Origin: Candidatus Hodarchaeota archaeon
Lineage (GTDB): Archaea > Asgardarchaeota > Lokiarchaeia > Sigyniarchaeales > SOKP01
Reading direction: 5' to 3'
DNA length: 64,000 nt
Assembly: GCA_048886685.1 (NCBI GenBank)
Contig: JBHLKM010000001.1
Span: forward strand, 1 to 64,000
The notes under the pieces: generated by a model
The model's database searches: none
Told to the model about the DNA's origin: nothing
What the model saw: only the letters and a program-made list of their open reading frames with translations
Translations under genes and position numbers: made by a program
Part shown: one piece after another, positions 49,710 through 60,284 of the stretch
Layout of the letters: each line of letters opens with the position of its first letter
Position numbering within the stretch: position 1 is the stretch's first letter

Positions 49710-50291
49710 TTGAAAAAAATGGGATTTGGAAAATCATTTTTATTAAGTTTAGTGGCTTTTGTTGGATTAAATTTTATATTTGTAATCTTATATTTTGCAA
49801 TAGATCAAGATTCAGGGGGATTCGATTCCTTGATGACCACAATTGAAGATGCTCCTCTAATGATTATTTTTTATCTTTTCGGTTCAGTTGCTAGTACACC
49901 ATTTATTAATTTGGATGGGGCAATAGCTCAGCCTCTATTTAACGGAGATACAGCCTTTTTGATACTCAGTTTAGGGTATCTAGCTGCACCGATAATCGCA
50001 GCGATTCTTGCTGGAAAATTTGCTGAAAGTAAATTTCAAGGTTTTACAGGATGGATGTTAACTGTTATTGTCAGCACGGTCACAGTGGTAGTTGGAGTGT
50101 TTTTAAGTCAAACGATGCTAAATACTCTTAAATCGTCTACTTATTTCGTATATTTTAATACATATTTTCCATCGTTATTATTGTCGGGTGGTTTTGAAGA
50201 GGTTTTAATATATTTAATCATCAGTTGTGTTGTAAATATTGGCTTCTACAGCTTTTTCGCGTTTCTATTATCAAAAACAGAATATTATTAA
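49710..50291 (+). CDS. Multi-TM hypothetical membrane protein
   Basis: Four to five hydrophobic segments. Confidence 0.65.
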   Translation: MKKMGFGKSFLLSLVAFVGLNFIFVILYFAIDQDSGGFDSLMTTIEDAPLMIIFYLFGSVASTPFINLDGAIAQPLFNGDTAFLILSLGYLAAPIIAAILAGKFAESKFQGFTGWMLTVIVSTVTVVVGVFLSQTMLNTLKSSTYFVYFNTYFPSLLLSGGFEEVLIYLIISCVVNIGFYSFFAFLLSKTEYY

Positions 50292-50505
50292 ATCCAATCA
50301 ATCATTAAATTTCAATTTATTTTCTTTATTTCTTTCCAATAAAATAAAATTCGAATTGGTTTACTTATTGAATTTAAAAGAGTTTTTTTTTATAATCAAG
50401 TGTTGATCCAGAATAGGTCTGAAAAAACTAAATTTTTAATTCAATTTACAATTAGACTACACATACTTATTTAAGGAAAAAAATGTTTTATTTGGGGAAT
50501 GTATA

Positions 50506-51960
50506 ATGGCAAGACCAAGTCCACTAGAAATTTATGCACTTTTAGATAAAAGTAATTGTAAAGAGTGTGGATACGATACATGCATGGCTTTTGCGACAGA
50601 TATATTGGAAAGGAAAGTTATTGTTCAAGATTGCTCACATCTAATGCAAGATCCCAAGCAGGCAAAGAATCGAGAGAAATTGATAATCCTAATAACGCCA
50701 CCTCAGAAACCTATAACTGTTGGCATAGGTGATAGAGTTGCCATAATCGGGGGTGAGGAAGTCCTCTACCGTCATCAATTAACTTTTTATAACCAGACAG
50801 CAATTTTTATAGAAATCCCAGATGATGATGGTGATTTAGAGGAAACTGTTAGATATCTCACAGATCTTAAGATAGAACGGATTGGTGATGTACTTACTCT
50901 AGATGGCATTGCATTAAGAAACGTATCTGGAGATAAGGAACAATTCAAATTAGCTGCAAGTAAAGTTGCAGAACTCTCAAATCTTCCAATTATGTTATGT
51001 ACTTTTAACGTCGACATTTTGCTATACGCTGCGGAAGCAATTAAAGACAAAAGACCATTGTTATATGGAGCCACAAAGGATTCTTGGGAACAAATTGGCA
51101 AGTTTGCTGTGCAAAATAATTTACCTATAGCTGTTTTTTCAAATGAATTAGATGAATTAATGTCCCTAAGTGCGACATTGCAGAAACTAGGAGTTAAAGA
51201 AATGATACTGGATTCAGGAACGTTTTTTGGTCCTGGCAATCTATCAACAACATATGACAAGATTATGCAGTTAAGAACTGCTGCTATCGATAAAGAGGAC
51301 GTCAACGCTGGATGGCCAATTATGGGTGTTCCTGCGGTTTATTGGAATCAAGTTAAAATTGGGAATGATAAGGAGCTTTGGGAACATCAATTCCAAGAAA
51401 TAATCATGGGTGCAATTATGGAATCTATAGATACGAATTTAATAGTTTTACACACAGGGCAGAAAAAAGAAGAAATCTGGGCACTTTTAGCTCTGATGAC
51501 CTTGCGTCAGAGTGTATTTTCTGATCCAAGAATTTACCCTGCAGTGGATGCTGGTATTTATAAAATCGGAGAACCCGATGATATGGCTCCTATTTTTGTA
51601 ACAAGCAATTATAGAATGACAAAAATTCCAGTAGAGCAGGATTTACAGGGAGCAAATCTAAATTGCTGGCTTTTAGTGGTTGATACAGAGGGAATAGGGA
51701 TAGAAAGTGCGGTAGCTGGTGGTCAATTCAACGCGGGGGGAATAGCTGAAGCTGTTAAGGAATTTAAAGCTTTTGATAACGTAAAACACCGAATTTTAGT
51801 TATTCCCGGAATGGCAGCTCGATTAAGCGGAGCCTTAGAAGATGAAGCTGACGCATATGTTGTTGTTGGCCCTCGTGACAGTTCAGGCATTCCAAAATTT
51901 ATGGATACACAATGGAAGCCAAAAGAATTTATGAAAGAATACGAGTCCTGGGAGAAATAG
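50506..51960 (+). CDS. cdhE: Acetyl-CoA decarbonylase/synthase gamma subunit (corrinoid Fe-S protein large subunit)
   Basis: NCKECGYDTCMAFA, GGEEVLYRH, VFSDPR, IPGMAARLSG and VGPRDSSGI. Confidence 0.93.
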   Translation: MARPSPLEIYALLDKSNCKECGYDTCMAFATDILERKVIVQDCSHLMQDPKQAKNREKLIILITPPQKPITVGIGDRVAIIGGEEVLYRHQLTFYNQTAIFIEIPDDDGDLEETVRYLTDLKIERIGDVLTLDGIALRNVSGDKEQFKLAASKVAELSNLPIMLCTFNVDILLYAAEAIKDKRPLLYGATKDSWEQIGKFAVQNNLPIAVFSNELDELMSLSATLQKLGVKEMILDSGTFFGPGNLSTTYDKIMQLRTAAIDKEDVNAGWPIMGVPAVYWNQVKIGNDKELWEHQFQEIIMGAIMESIDTNLIVLHTGQKKEEIWALLALMTLRQSVFSDPRIYPAVDAGIYKIGEPDDMAPIFVTSNYRMTKIPVEQDLQGANLNCWLLVVDTEGIGIESAVAGGQFNAGGIAEAVKEFKAFDNVKHRILVIPGMAARLSGALEDEADAYVVVGPRDSSGIPKFMDTQWKPKEFMKEYESWEK

Positions 51961-52013
51961 AGATTTCTATTCTTTTTTTTATCTTTTTTTATTATCAAGT
52001 TATTACTTTAATC

Positions 52014-52682
52014 TTAAATTTTACATAGTGAATAAATCATATCAAGTGTAATTTTTTTAACTTTTTTTACAATTAGAGTTAATATCTCATTTTCTCTCGC
52101 TTTTTTTAATTGGGATGCTGTGTGAAAACCGGTTAATACTCCAATAAATGGACATCCTAGAAATTTTGCGAGCATCGCATCCTTAGGATGATCTCCAATA
52201 ATTAAAAATTTAGATTTTGGATACTTTTTTGATAAGATTTGTATTAGATTTGGGTCTAATTTACTTTTTATGATTTCAGTTTCTCCTAAAATGTAATCAA
52301 AAAATCTATCAATTTTTAAATGCTCTGCAATTTGTACTGCAATACTTTGCTTTTTTGATGTTATTACACCTAAAGTAAAATTATGGAGTTTTAATTGCAT
52401 CAGTTTATTTTTTACTCCTGACAATAATTTAGATTGGTAGATTCCTTTAGTTCTATAATATTCTCGAAATGCAAAGGATAATTTTGAGGTATTTAGATCA
52501 GTAAATCTTGTGAACATATCATCTAAAGGAAGTCCTATCATATGTTGAATGATAGTTTTATTTACTTCAGGCAGACCAAATTTCCTTAAAGCATAATTAA
52601 ATGAATTAACAATACCTTTCCTATTATTTATTAGTGTATAATCTAAATCAAAACTTATAACAATTTCTTCTCGTGCTACCAT
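52014..52682 (-). CDS. HAD-family phosphatase
   Basis: FDLDYTL, VITSK and IGDHPKD. Confidence 0.88.
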   Translation of the reverse strand: MVAREEIVISFDLDYTLINNRKGIVNSFNYALRKFGLPEVNKTIIQHMIGLPLDDMFTRFTDLNTSKLSFAFREYYRTKGIYQSKLLSGVKNKLMQLKLHNFTLGVITSKKQSIAVQIAEHLKIDRFFDYILGETEIIKSKLDPNLIQILSKKYPKSKFLIIGDHPKDAMLAKFLGCPFIGVLTGFHTASQLKKARENEILTLIVKKVKKITLDMIYSLCKI

Positions 52683-52715
52683 TAATAATTATAAAAAGTA
52701 AAAATAAAAGAAAAA

Positions 52716-54368
52716 TTATCTTAATTTAAATCCCTTGAATAATTTTAAAAGAAACATAATTTCTTCAGAACTTTCAATTAATCTTCTTAACGGAAAGGGG
52801 AAATTATTCAGCTCGACTTCATAACCCCTCGATACTTGGTCGATCATTATTTTTATTATTTCTTTGTATTTATTTACCGTTGGACCTTTATATTCGATCT
52901 CTGATATAACTTTCCAGCCTTTATCTAATTTCCCATTTAAAATGCATGAAATGGAAGCTAAGACATAACTGAGAACTATATGAGAATATCCTATTCTTTT
53001 TAAATTAGCTGCCCGATAATAATAACGATAAACATTATTAACCATTTCTCGTAAAAGAAAATCTTTAGCTGTATCAAGCTGTTCATAAAATTTTATACTC
53101 TCCAAGATCAGAGTTGCGGCTGTATAAAATTGTTTGTTTTTCAAACCCTCTTCAGCAATTTTATTCAATCCTCTAATTATTTGATTAAATATACCAAATC
53201 TATTATATTCTAAGTGTCCCTCTATAGCAATATCATATGCATTTAAATAACTCTCTGTAGATTCATTAATACTCCCTATCTTCCAGTAATTATCTCCAGC
53301 CTTCACGTAATGTTTATAAGCCATTTCCAAATTATTTAATTCCTTAAAAACATTAGCACCATCGAAAAAATTCGTCGCTGCTTGATCAAAATCTTTCAAT
53401 TTTTCTGAAAAGTTTCCAGCTAATAAAAAACATGAAGCACACTCAATTAGATTATTTTCTATCTCTTGATAACATAATCCTGCACCCCGATAATATCTAG
53501 CAATTTTATGATAGTTTTCTTTTGTCTTTTCGAGCTTTTCTGCCAAATCTATATAAGCTCCAGCTTCTCTTTTAGAGTAATTTATATATTGATCTTCTTC
53601 AGCTAAAATTTTATAAAGATTTTTCAATACTTGATATATTTGAGCTAATGTTAAGCTCTCATTCTTCTCTTCTAAGGTAGTCGCTAAATTTGAGAAAAAT
53701 TCTACTCCCGCCAAAATAGATTCTTGGGATTTGCCATAATCATCTAATTCCTCATAGCATGTACTAATTTGCTGATAAGAGAAAGATAGCATATCAAAAA
53801 AATGGTGAATCTTTGAGATATTGATTACTTTTTCGTAATATTTAATCGCATTTTTAAAATCAGAAGATTTCCAATACAATTCAGCTATATTTTGGTAATT
53901 TTGGGCAAGTTTCCTTGTCTCATCAAATTCTTTTAAAAGAGTACTTTCTTGTTTCAAGAAGTTAATACTATTTAAGATATTTCTTTTTTCTGAAAGGGTA
54001 TCATCAAATTTGTCTTGAAAAATCTCAGCAATCCTTAAATAGAGCTCAGCAACTTCATGCAATTTTGCCTGTAATTTATAGTCAATAATCTGTTTTTTAT
54101 ATAATTCTATGATTTTGTTATATAAATTAATCGATTCAGAAAAATCGAGGTCTTCAATTATTTCCGCTACAGAATATAAAAATTCTCCTGCTTCAAAAAA
54201 TTCCCCAGATTGGGCAATTTCATTAGAGAAATTGATTGAAACCAAAATAAGTTCTTGTATTGATTTGTTTCGTTCTATGGGATCTTCAATACTCTTAATT
54301 TTAGACTCAGATTCTCTTATTTTCTCCAAAAACTCAGTGTAATCAATGAATTCTTCATCTTCGATAAT
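52716..54368 (-). CDS. TPR / alpha-SNAP-like helical repeat protein (probable ATT start; ORF track starts at 54329)
   Basis: Repeated A..Y..A..Y helices; GAGGAG upstream of ATT ATC GAA GAT; in-frame TGA before it. Confidence 0.7.
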   Translation of the reverse strand: MIEDEEFIDYTEFLEKIRESESKIKSIEDPIERNKSIQELILVSINFSNEIAQSGEFFEAGEFLYSVAEIIEDLDFSESINLYNKIIELYKKQIIDYKLQAKLHEVAELYLRIAEIFQDKFDDTLSEKRNILNSINFLKQESTLLKEFDETRKLAQNYQNIAELYWKSSDFKNAIKYYEKVINISKIHHFFDMLSFSYQQISTCYEELDDYGKSQESILAGVEFFSNLATTLEEKNESLTLAQIYQVLKNLYKILAEEDQYINYSKREAGAYIDLAEKLEKTKENYHKIARYYRGAGLCYQEIENNLIECASCFLLAGNFSEKLKDFDQAATNFFDGANVFKELNNLEMAYKHYVKAGDNYWKIGSINESTESYLNAYDIAIEGHLEYNRFGIFNQIIRGLNKIAEEGLKNKQFYTAATLILESIKFYEQLDTAKDFLLREMVNNVYRYYYRAANLKRIGYSHIVLSYVLASISCILNGKLDKGWKVISEIEYKGPTVNKYKEIIKIMIDQVSRGYEVELNNFPFPLRRLIESSEEIMFLLKLFKGFKLR

Positions 54369-54569
54369 TTTATGATCTCCTCAGAAAAAATAACTATGTA
54401 GAGAAATTAAATTGAAAATAAAAAATTTCGTGATTTTGGGTTCTAAATTGGAAATCACTCCTCACATGTGATGGGATCCAGATTTTATGAGACAAATTTT
54501 ACTAAGGAAATAATATTAAATATGATCAAAATTATAATATAAATAATTAAAAAAGAGGTTTTTTATCAG

Positions 54570-54776
54570 ATGAAACAAATAAATGAGTTATTGGATACCG
54601 GATTGTATGAGACGTTTAGCCCTGAGAGATCTATGACTATTGGAGATCTACTAAAGGAATTAAACCTAGAGGGAAAATTTTTCGGGATTTTAGTCGATGG
54701 AAAGAAAGCGGACCCAGAGACTAAGATTAATGAGAAATCGGAAGTAATTATTCTCCCACACATTGCCGGGGGCTAA
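54570..54776 (+). CDS. Ubiquitin-like SAMP/MoaD/ThiS protein
   Basis: Beta-grasp size with C-terminal ILPHIAGG. Confidence 0.88.
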   Translation: MKQINELLDTGLYETFSPERSMTIGDLLKELNLEGKFFGILVDGKKADPETKINEKSEVIILPHIAGG

Positions 54777-54843
54777 TAATAAAGAAATAAACAGTTTTTT
54801 TTTGAATTTCTCTTTTTTTATAAATTATAATCTCTTCCATAAT

Positions 54844-55830
54844 TTATTTTAGCTCAATTTTGAGAAGATCTTCGGCCAAAATAGTATTAGGGAATATTTC
54901 TTTTGCTTCTTCAAGAAGTTTTGATGCATCATCTTGATATCTAGATGAAATATGTGTAAGGATTAATTGTTTTGCATTCATTTTTTTAGCATCATTAGCA
55001 GCATCTACAGAAGTTGAATGCTTCTTTTCTAGGGCTGTGTTTGCTAACTTTTTAGCGAAAGTCGCTTCATGAACTAATATATCAGAGTCTTTTCCAAGCT
55101 CAATGATGGATTTGCTAGGTACTAAGTCAGCGGAATAAGTTATTTTTCTACCAGGTTTTTTGGGACCTATTATCCCTTCTTTTCTGGGATCAATTTTTTT
55201 TCCTTGATACTCAATAATTTCTCCTTCTTGTAATTTTTTCCAGAGGTGACTTTCTGGAATTCCTAATGCTTTTGCCCTTTCGGGTTCAAATTTTCCAAAA
55301 CGAGGATTTTCAACAAAAGCAAATGCGTATGTTATTACAGAATGATCAACTAAGGCATATTTTATTGTATAATATTTAGATTCATAAATTATATTATCTT
55401 GTATCTTGGTTTTATTCTTTGGCTCTTCAGATTCTAATCCTTCAAATTCAGTTAACTCCTCTGTAAGGTGGTCTATTTCATAAATCTTAATCGGATAATT
55501 AGTTTTTAGACCCAGGATTTTTCTATGTAAAAAAAGATAAAGAAAAAGATTTCTAGGGCCATAAATCACAATTGGAGCAGTTCTATCATTTAAACTTAAT
55601 CGAAAAAGAAATCCTGGTAATCCAATGATGTGATCTCCGTGAAAATGGGATATAAAAATCATTAAAGGTTTATTAAATTTTAATCCCGCTTCAGCAAATC
55701 GACGTTGGAAGTCCTCACCACAATCAAATAAGAGAATTTTATTTCGATATCTAATTGCCATTGAAGACAAATTGCGGTCTCTCGTAGGAGTAGCTGCGGA
55801 ACTTCCTAAAACATGCAATGTGAGTTCCAT
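54844..55830 (-). CDS. rnz: Ribonuclease Z
   Basis: FDCGE, SHFHGDH, HEATF, HST and LTHISSRY. Confidence 0.96.
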   Translation of the reverse strand: MELTLHVLGSSAATPTRDRNLSSMAIRYRNKILLFDCGEDFQRRFAEAGLKFNKPLMIFISHFHGDHIIGLPGFLFRLSLNDRTAPIVIYGPRNLFLYLFLHRKILGLKTNYPIKIYEIDHLTEELTEFEGLESEEPKNKTKIQDNIIYESKYYTIKYALVDHSVITYAFAFVENPRFGKFEPERAKALGIPESHLWKKLQEGEIIEYQGKKIDPRKEGIIGPKKPGRKITYSADLVPSKSIIELGKDSDILVHEATFAKKLANTALEKKHSTSVDAANDAKKMNAKQLILTHISSRYQDDASKLLEEAKEIFPNTILAEDLLKIELK

Positions 55831-55936
55831 AATTAGATAAACCTATTAAAATATTTAAAATAACTTTTATTATTCAATCACAATAAGAAAAATAGTCAAT
55901 GTTAAAAAACCATTTAATAAAGCATGCTAGTAGCAC

Positions 55937-57283
55937 TTATTTTTTTCTTAATTGTGCAATTTCCATTCTTTGTTCAGTATTCTGTTTTTGTAAGTCATTA
56001 ATCATACTTTTAAGTTCCCTCAATCTCAGTGCTAAATGAGGTTCCTCTTGAGTTTGAGCTATTGTTCGAGCAGTCCGAAGTTCAATTTGTTTTTGTAAGT
56101 CATTTAATTTTTGATCTCTTGTTTTTAATTGGTTTTCTAACTGTCTATATCTTTTTTTAATTTGCACCGCTTCGTTTTTTATAGTTTCGATTTCCCCATC
56201 TTTAGCCTCTAATTGTTTCTGCAAAAATATAACTGTCTCTCTTTGCATTTTTAATTGCCCTTCAATTTCTTTATGTGAATCACCTGTTTCTGAAAAAGCC
56301 CCAGTCTGATATTTCTTAAGTTGCTCTTGAAGTGATTTTACTTCCAATTTTGACTTGTTCAATTTATTCTGTAAATCATCTTTTAATGTATGAATCATAT
56401 CCGATGATGTTATATCAGCTTGATCTAAATCTGTCATAATTTTCCCTTTTTTCAAAGATTTTATCTCATTTTTCAATTTTTCAATTTCTTCATCTTTTTT
56501 ATCTGGTTTATTACTTTTTTTCTGAGATTTAGATAGTCTTTGTTTTAAGTCAAGTATTTGTCTCTTAGATTTGTTTAATTGGTTTTGAAGATCTTCTATT
56601 AATTTTTTTGTTATTGAATCAGTACTTTCTTTTTGGGAAGAAGAACTCAATTCACTTATTTTCTGGTTTAATTCGTTGATTTCTGATTTATAAATTTCAA
56701 TTGTATCATCCTTTTCTTTCAATTTTGTGTTAAATTCTGCCGTTTCTTCAAGTTGATATTTTAACTTATTTATAAGTGATTTCTGTTTGTTTACTTTTTC
56801 CTGTAAATCTGCCACTAACGTGTTTAAAGGAGTCCTTTCCCTTAAATCTTCTACTCTAATAACAGAAGCATTGTTAAATTTATCAAGTTCGATTTGGAGC
56901 ACCTCATACTCTTGTTGGAGTTGAGTATAGTCTTTTCTGAGTATACCCATAGTATTCTTTAGATCTCGAATGTATCTTTCTTTCTCCTCCAATTCATATA
57001 CAAATTTAGACTCTGCGATTTGCATTTTTTTACTCTGCGTGTTAGCTCCTTCTTCCAATTGCATGATTTCTTCTAATTTCATTATTACATTTTCAAGTAG
57101 TTCGATCCTATCGAGATATTTATTATTAAGGAGATCTAACGCATCTGTATCCTTAAAAGTGGGAAATTGTGTTTTAATATATTCCTGTAGTAAATCAATG
57201 TCTCTTTCTACAAGTTCAACTTCCTTTTTCTCCAATTCTAACTCTAATTCTCTAATTTTAACTTTTAACTCGTCTTCTGACAT
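55937..57283 (-). CDS. Long coiled-coil protein
   Basis: Heptad-rich throughout, with internal repeats DLQ(E/N)(K/Q)(V/L)NK. Confidence 0.75.
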   Translation of the reverse strand: MSEDELKVKIRELELELEKKEVELVERDIDLLQEYIKTQFPTFKDTDALDLLNNKYLDRIELLENVIMKLEEIMQLEEGANTQSKKMQIAESKFVYELEEKERYIRDLKNTMGILRKDYTQLQQEYEVLQIELDKFNNASVIRVEDLRERTPLNTLVADLQEKVNKQKSLINKLKYQLEETAEFNTKLKEKDDTIEIYKSEINELNQKISELSSSSQKESTDSITKKLIEDLQNQLNKSKRQILDLKQRLSKSQKKSNKPDKKDEEIEKLKNEIKSLKKGKIMTDLDQADITSSDMIHTLKDDLQNKLNKSKLEVKSLQEQLKKYQTGAFSETGDSHKEIEGQLKMQRETVIFLQKQLEAKDGEIETIKNEAVQIKKRYRQLENQLKTRDQKLNDLQKQIELRTARTIAQTQEEPHLALRLRELKSMINDLQKQNTEQRMEIAQLRKK

Positions 57284-57397
57284 ATTAAAGTATTATTTAT
57301 TTCTTGGAATTTAATTTATTAATAGAATTATAGATTTTAAAATTTAACTCATTAAATTTTATAAAATTTTCCATATATTACATTAAATTAAGAATTT

Positions 57398-59311
57398 TTA
57401 ATAAATATCAAAATCTTTAATCGAAAATTTATTGATTTTTCTCATAATAGGATATAAGCTTAGAAAATTAAAGGAAATAAAAGTACCTAATAGAGTAGCA
57501 AAAAGGATAAAGGGAATGTATAATGGGGGTAAATATACGCGACCAAAGATAACAACCGAATTTAAAATCATTCCTATACTCAAACTTATTAAAAGCGACG
57601 GAATAATAACAAAAGTAGATTCCAGGAAAACTATTCTTTTAATCACCTTATTCTTGGAGCCTAAAGCTCTCATAATTAAGAAATCTCTTGCTTTTTCCAT
57701 TATTCCGCTTTTTTGATAATTATAGAGTGAAAGAATCCCAAGAATTGCCATTATAATCATTAAAAACATAGGATATAATGATAAATTTAATAAGAAATTC
57801 AAATTCTTTTTAAATACCCCATCCAGCTTGAAGTGAGTAAAATTAGTTCCCAAATTAGATTCAATAAAGAGTTCTAGATCTACTTTGATATTGTTATATG
57901 ACCCACTTTTCAATTTTAATAAAACAAGATTAATTGTCTGATTTGAAAATAGTAATTTATTCTGAAAAGACTCTAAACTCATATAACCCGTATATCCATT
58001 ATAGAAACTATCAATAATAACTCCAGTTATCTCAAATACTTGACTTTCATTGCCTATGTTTGTGATTTTAAGATTTTGTATTAAGGCTTTATCAAAATAA
58101 TTATATGCTAAACCATCCCCTACGATCATCTCATAATCAAGAGTAGAATAATTTCCTTCGATCTCAAAATTTTGGATCATCTTACTTATATTTACTCCAA
58201 TAATAGGGATATTCTCTTTCCTCTCTTTTCCGTATGTTACATAATCCCCATCTACAATAACAGTTTTACTCATTTCTTCTGTATCACAGAAGTTTATTAA
58301 TCTCTCATCAATTTTCTCGATATTATCTATTGTTTCTCTAATATTACTCACATTATTAATACTAAATAAGTATCTTGAATCGGTAAAATTGATATCTGTA
58401 TGACTAATGAAAATTCTAGGGTTTGAGAACATCTCATACATCAGCGAATAATTTTGGACCACTTCCTCATGACCGATTACTACAATATTTTCACCTTGCG
58501 ATCTACGAATCCACTCTTCTGATGATGTTTTTAAAACGATTGTGCCTAATCCAAGTGTAAAAATTATCAAAGTAATTAATGAAAAAACAATAATATATCT
58601 TTTAAACTCTCCCTTTCTTCGTAGAGTGTTGATGATTGATAATTTGATGTTTATACCTAATGAAGAAAGCCATTTTGGAATAAATTGAATTTTTTTTGAA
58701 GCATCATAATCATGGGGTATATCTTTTGAAAATGTTTTTATTATTTCTGCTTTCCCCATTCTTCTTAATGCATACCCCGCTACAAAAAATATTCCAAAAA
58801 AACAAGAACCAAATAGTATTGAAGTAAATACAAAATCTATTTGAAATTCTATAGAAAAATAGAAAGAGTTAATTATTAAAATGAATATTTCAAAAGAAAT
58901 AAGACCCCCTATTATACCCAAAAAAAAGCCAATGAAGAAAATTATAAAAACCTCGAGAAGATAAAAACTATAAAGCTTACGGGGTAATGTGCCTAAAGCT
59001 TTCATTATTCCGATATCTTTTTTTTTATTAATGATATGAGTGGTTGAAATCGCAACTACTATCAAAACAGCCAATATCATCAATAAAATTTGGATTATTG
59101 TAATAAACTGTTTATAAACGATACTAATACTTCCTGAGAAATAAAAATCATTTGAAAAATCAGATTGAATAAATACGTTTAAACCCAAAGAGGAGGTAAA
59201 GTATATTAAGAATTCTGTTACGGCTATAACTAAAATAATTACTATTAAATAAGGAATTGTCTGATTCTTTTTACGGTAAAAATCTTTTAGAGCAAAATCC
59301 AAAGATGACAT
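57398..59311 (-). CDS. ABC transporter permease (FtsX/MacB-like)
   Basis: Two FtsX-type motifs (KKDIGIMKALG and RDFLIMRALG). Confidence 0.85.
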   Translation of the reverse strand: MSSLDFALKDFYRKKNQTIPYLIVIILVIAVTEFLIYFTSSLGLNVFIQSDFSNDFYFSGSISIVYKQFITIIQILLMILAVLIVVAISTTHIINKKKDIGIMKALGTLPRKLYSFYLLEVFIIFFIGFFLGIIGGLISFEIFILIINSFYFSIEFQIDFVFTSILFGSCFFGIFFVAGYALRRMGKAEIIKTFSKDIPHDYDASKKIQFIPKWLSSLGINIKLSIINTLRRKGEFKRYIIVFSLITLIIFTLGLGTIVLKTSSEEWIRRSQGENIVVIGHEEVVQNYSLMYEMFSNPRIFISHTDINFTDSRYLFSINNVSNIRETIDNIEKIDERLINFCDTEEMSKTVIVDGDYVTYGKERKENIPIIGVNISKMIQNFEIEGNYSTLDYEMIVGDGLAYNYFDKALIQNLKITNIGNESQVFEITGVIIDSFYNGYTGYMSLESFQNKLLFSNQTINLVLLKLKSGSYNNIKVDLELFIESNLGTNFTHFKLDGVFKKNLNFLLNLSLYPMFLMIIMAILGILSLYNYQKSGIMEKARDFLIMRALGSKNKVIKRIVFLESTFVIIPSLLISLSIGMILNSVVIFGRVYLPPLYIPFILFATLLGTFISFNFLSLYPIMRKINKFSIKDFDIY

Positions 59312-59333
59312 GTTAGACTTTAAACTTTGTTAT

Positions 59334-60092
59334 TTAATTTAATTTTAATTTTTCTTCTACTATTTTCCCTTCTTCAAAAGAAATTAAGCGATCTGCTAAT
59401 GCTATTAAGTCATCATCATGAGTAACTGTTATTACAGTTTTTTCACTAGATTTTAGATCTGTGAAAAGATCTCTTATAAATTGACTGGTATTTTTATCAA
59501 GGTTGGCAGTTGGTTCATCAGCTAAAATGACTGGGGGATCATTTGCTAACGCTCTAGCGATCGCAACTCTCTGTTGTTCACCGGCAGATAACTGAAATGG
59601 CAAGTGTTCTCTCCTATCCCCTAATCTCATTTCTTTTAACAATCTCACAGCATTACTTCTCTGTTCTTCAAATTTCATTCCAGAAAGATTCATTGGGAAC
59701 ATTATGTTTTCTTCGGCTGTAAGAGTACTGATCAAATTATAATTTTGAAAAATAAATCCTGAATTAATTAGTCGAAATATAGCTAAAGACTCTTGATCCA
59801 TATCAGAAATTTTGACTCCTTGGTTATAGATTGTTCCAGAATTAGGAGAATCCAACCCTCCTATTAAATTTAATAATGTGGTCTTACCCGCGCCACTCGG
59901 ACCTTTTATAACAACAAATTCACTATCCTTTATTTCTAGTGATACATTATCGACTGCTTTTACGATAAAATCTCCAATTTCATAATTTTTAATGATATTT
60001 TTGCAATAAATTAATATACCTTGTTCAGAGAGTTTATCTCCTAAATTAGTTTCATATAATTCTTGGGATTCTTCAATATAATTATCCTTCAT
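59334..60092 (-). CDS. ABC transporter ATPase (LolD/MacB-like)
   Basis: GPSGAGKT, LSAGEQQRVAIARAL and ADEPTANLD. Confidence 0.93.
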   Translation of the reverse strand: MKDNYIEESQELYETNLGDKLSEQGILIYCKNIIKNYEIGDFIVKAVDNVSLEIKDSEFVVIKGPSGAGKTTLLNLIGGLDSPNSGTIYNQGVKISDMDQESLAIFRLINSGFIFQNYNLISTLTAEENIMFPMNLSGMKFEEQRSNAVRLLKEMRLGDRREHLPFQLSAGEQQRVAIARALANDPPVILADEPTANLDKNTSQFIRDLFTDLKSSEKTVITVTHDDDLIALADRLISFEEGKIVEEKLKLN

Positions 60093-60284
60093 TTTTAAAT
60101 CGACGTTATTTTGTTCTACTCTTAAGTTTAATTACGAATCTGTTAACCTTAATCTTAATACTCATAAATGATTAATGAAAATGCCGAATATTTTAAAATT
60201 CAATGTAAAGAATTAATATTGTGTTTTTATAATTTATGTTAGATTTTAAATTAAATTTAAATATTAAAGTATCATAAATAGTCT

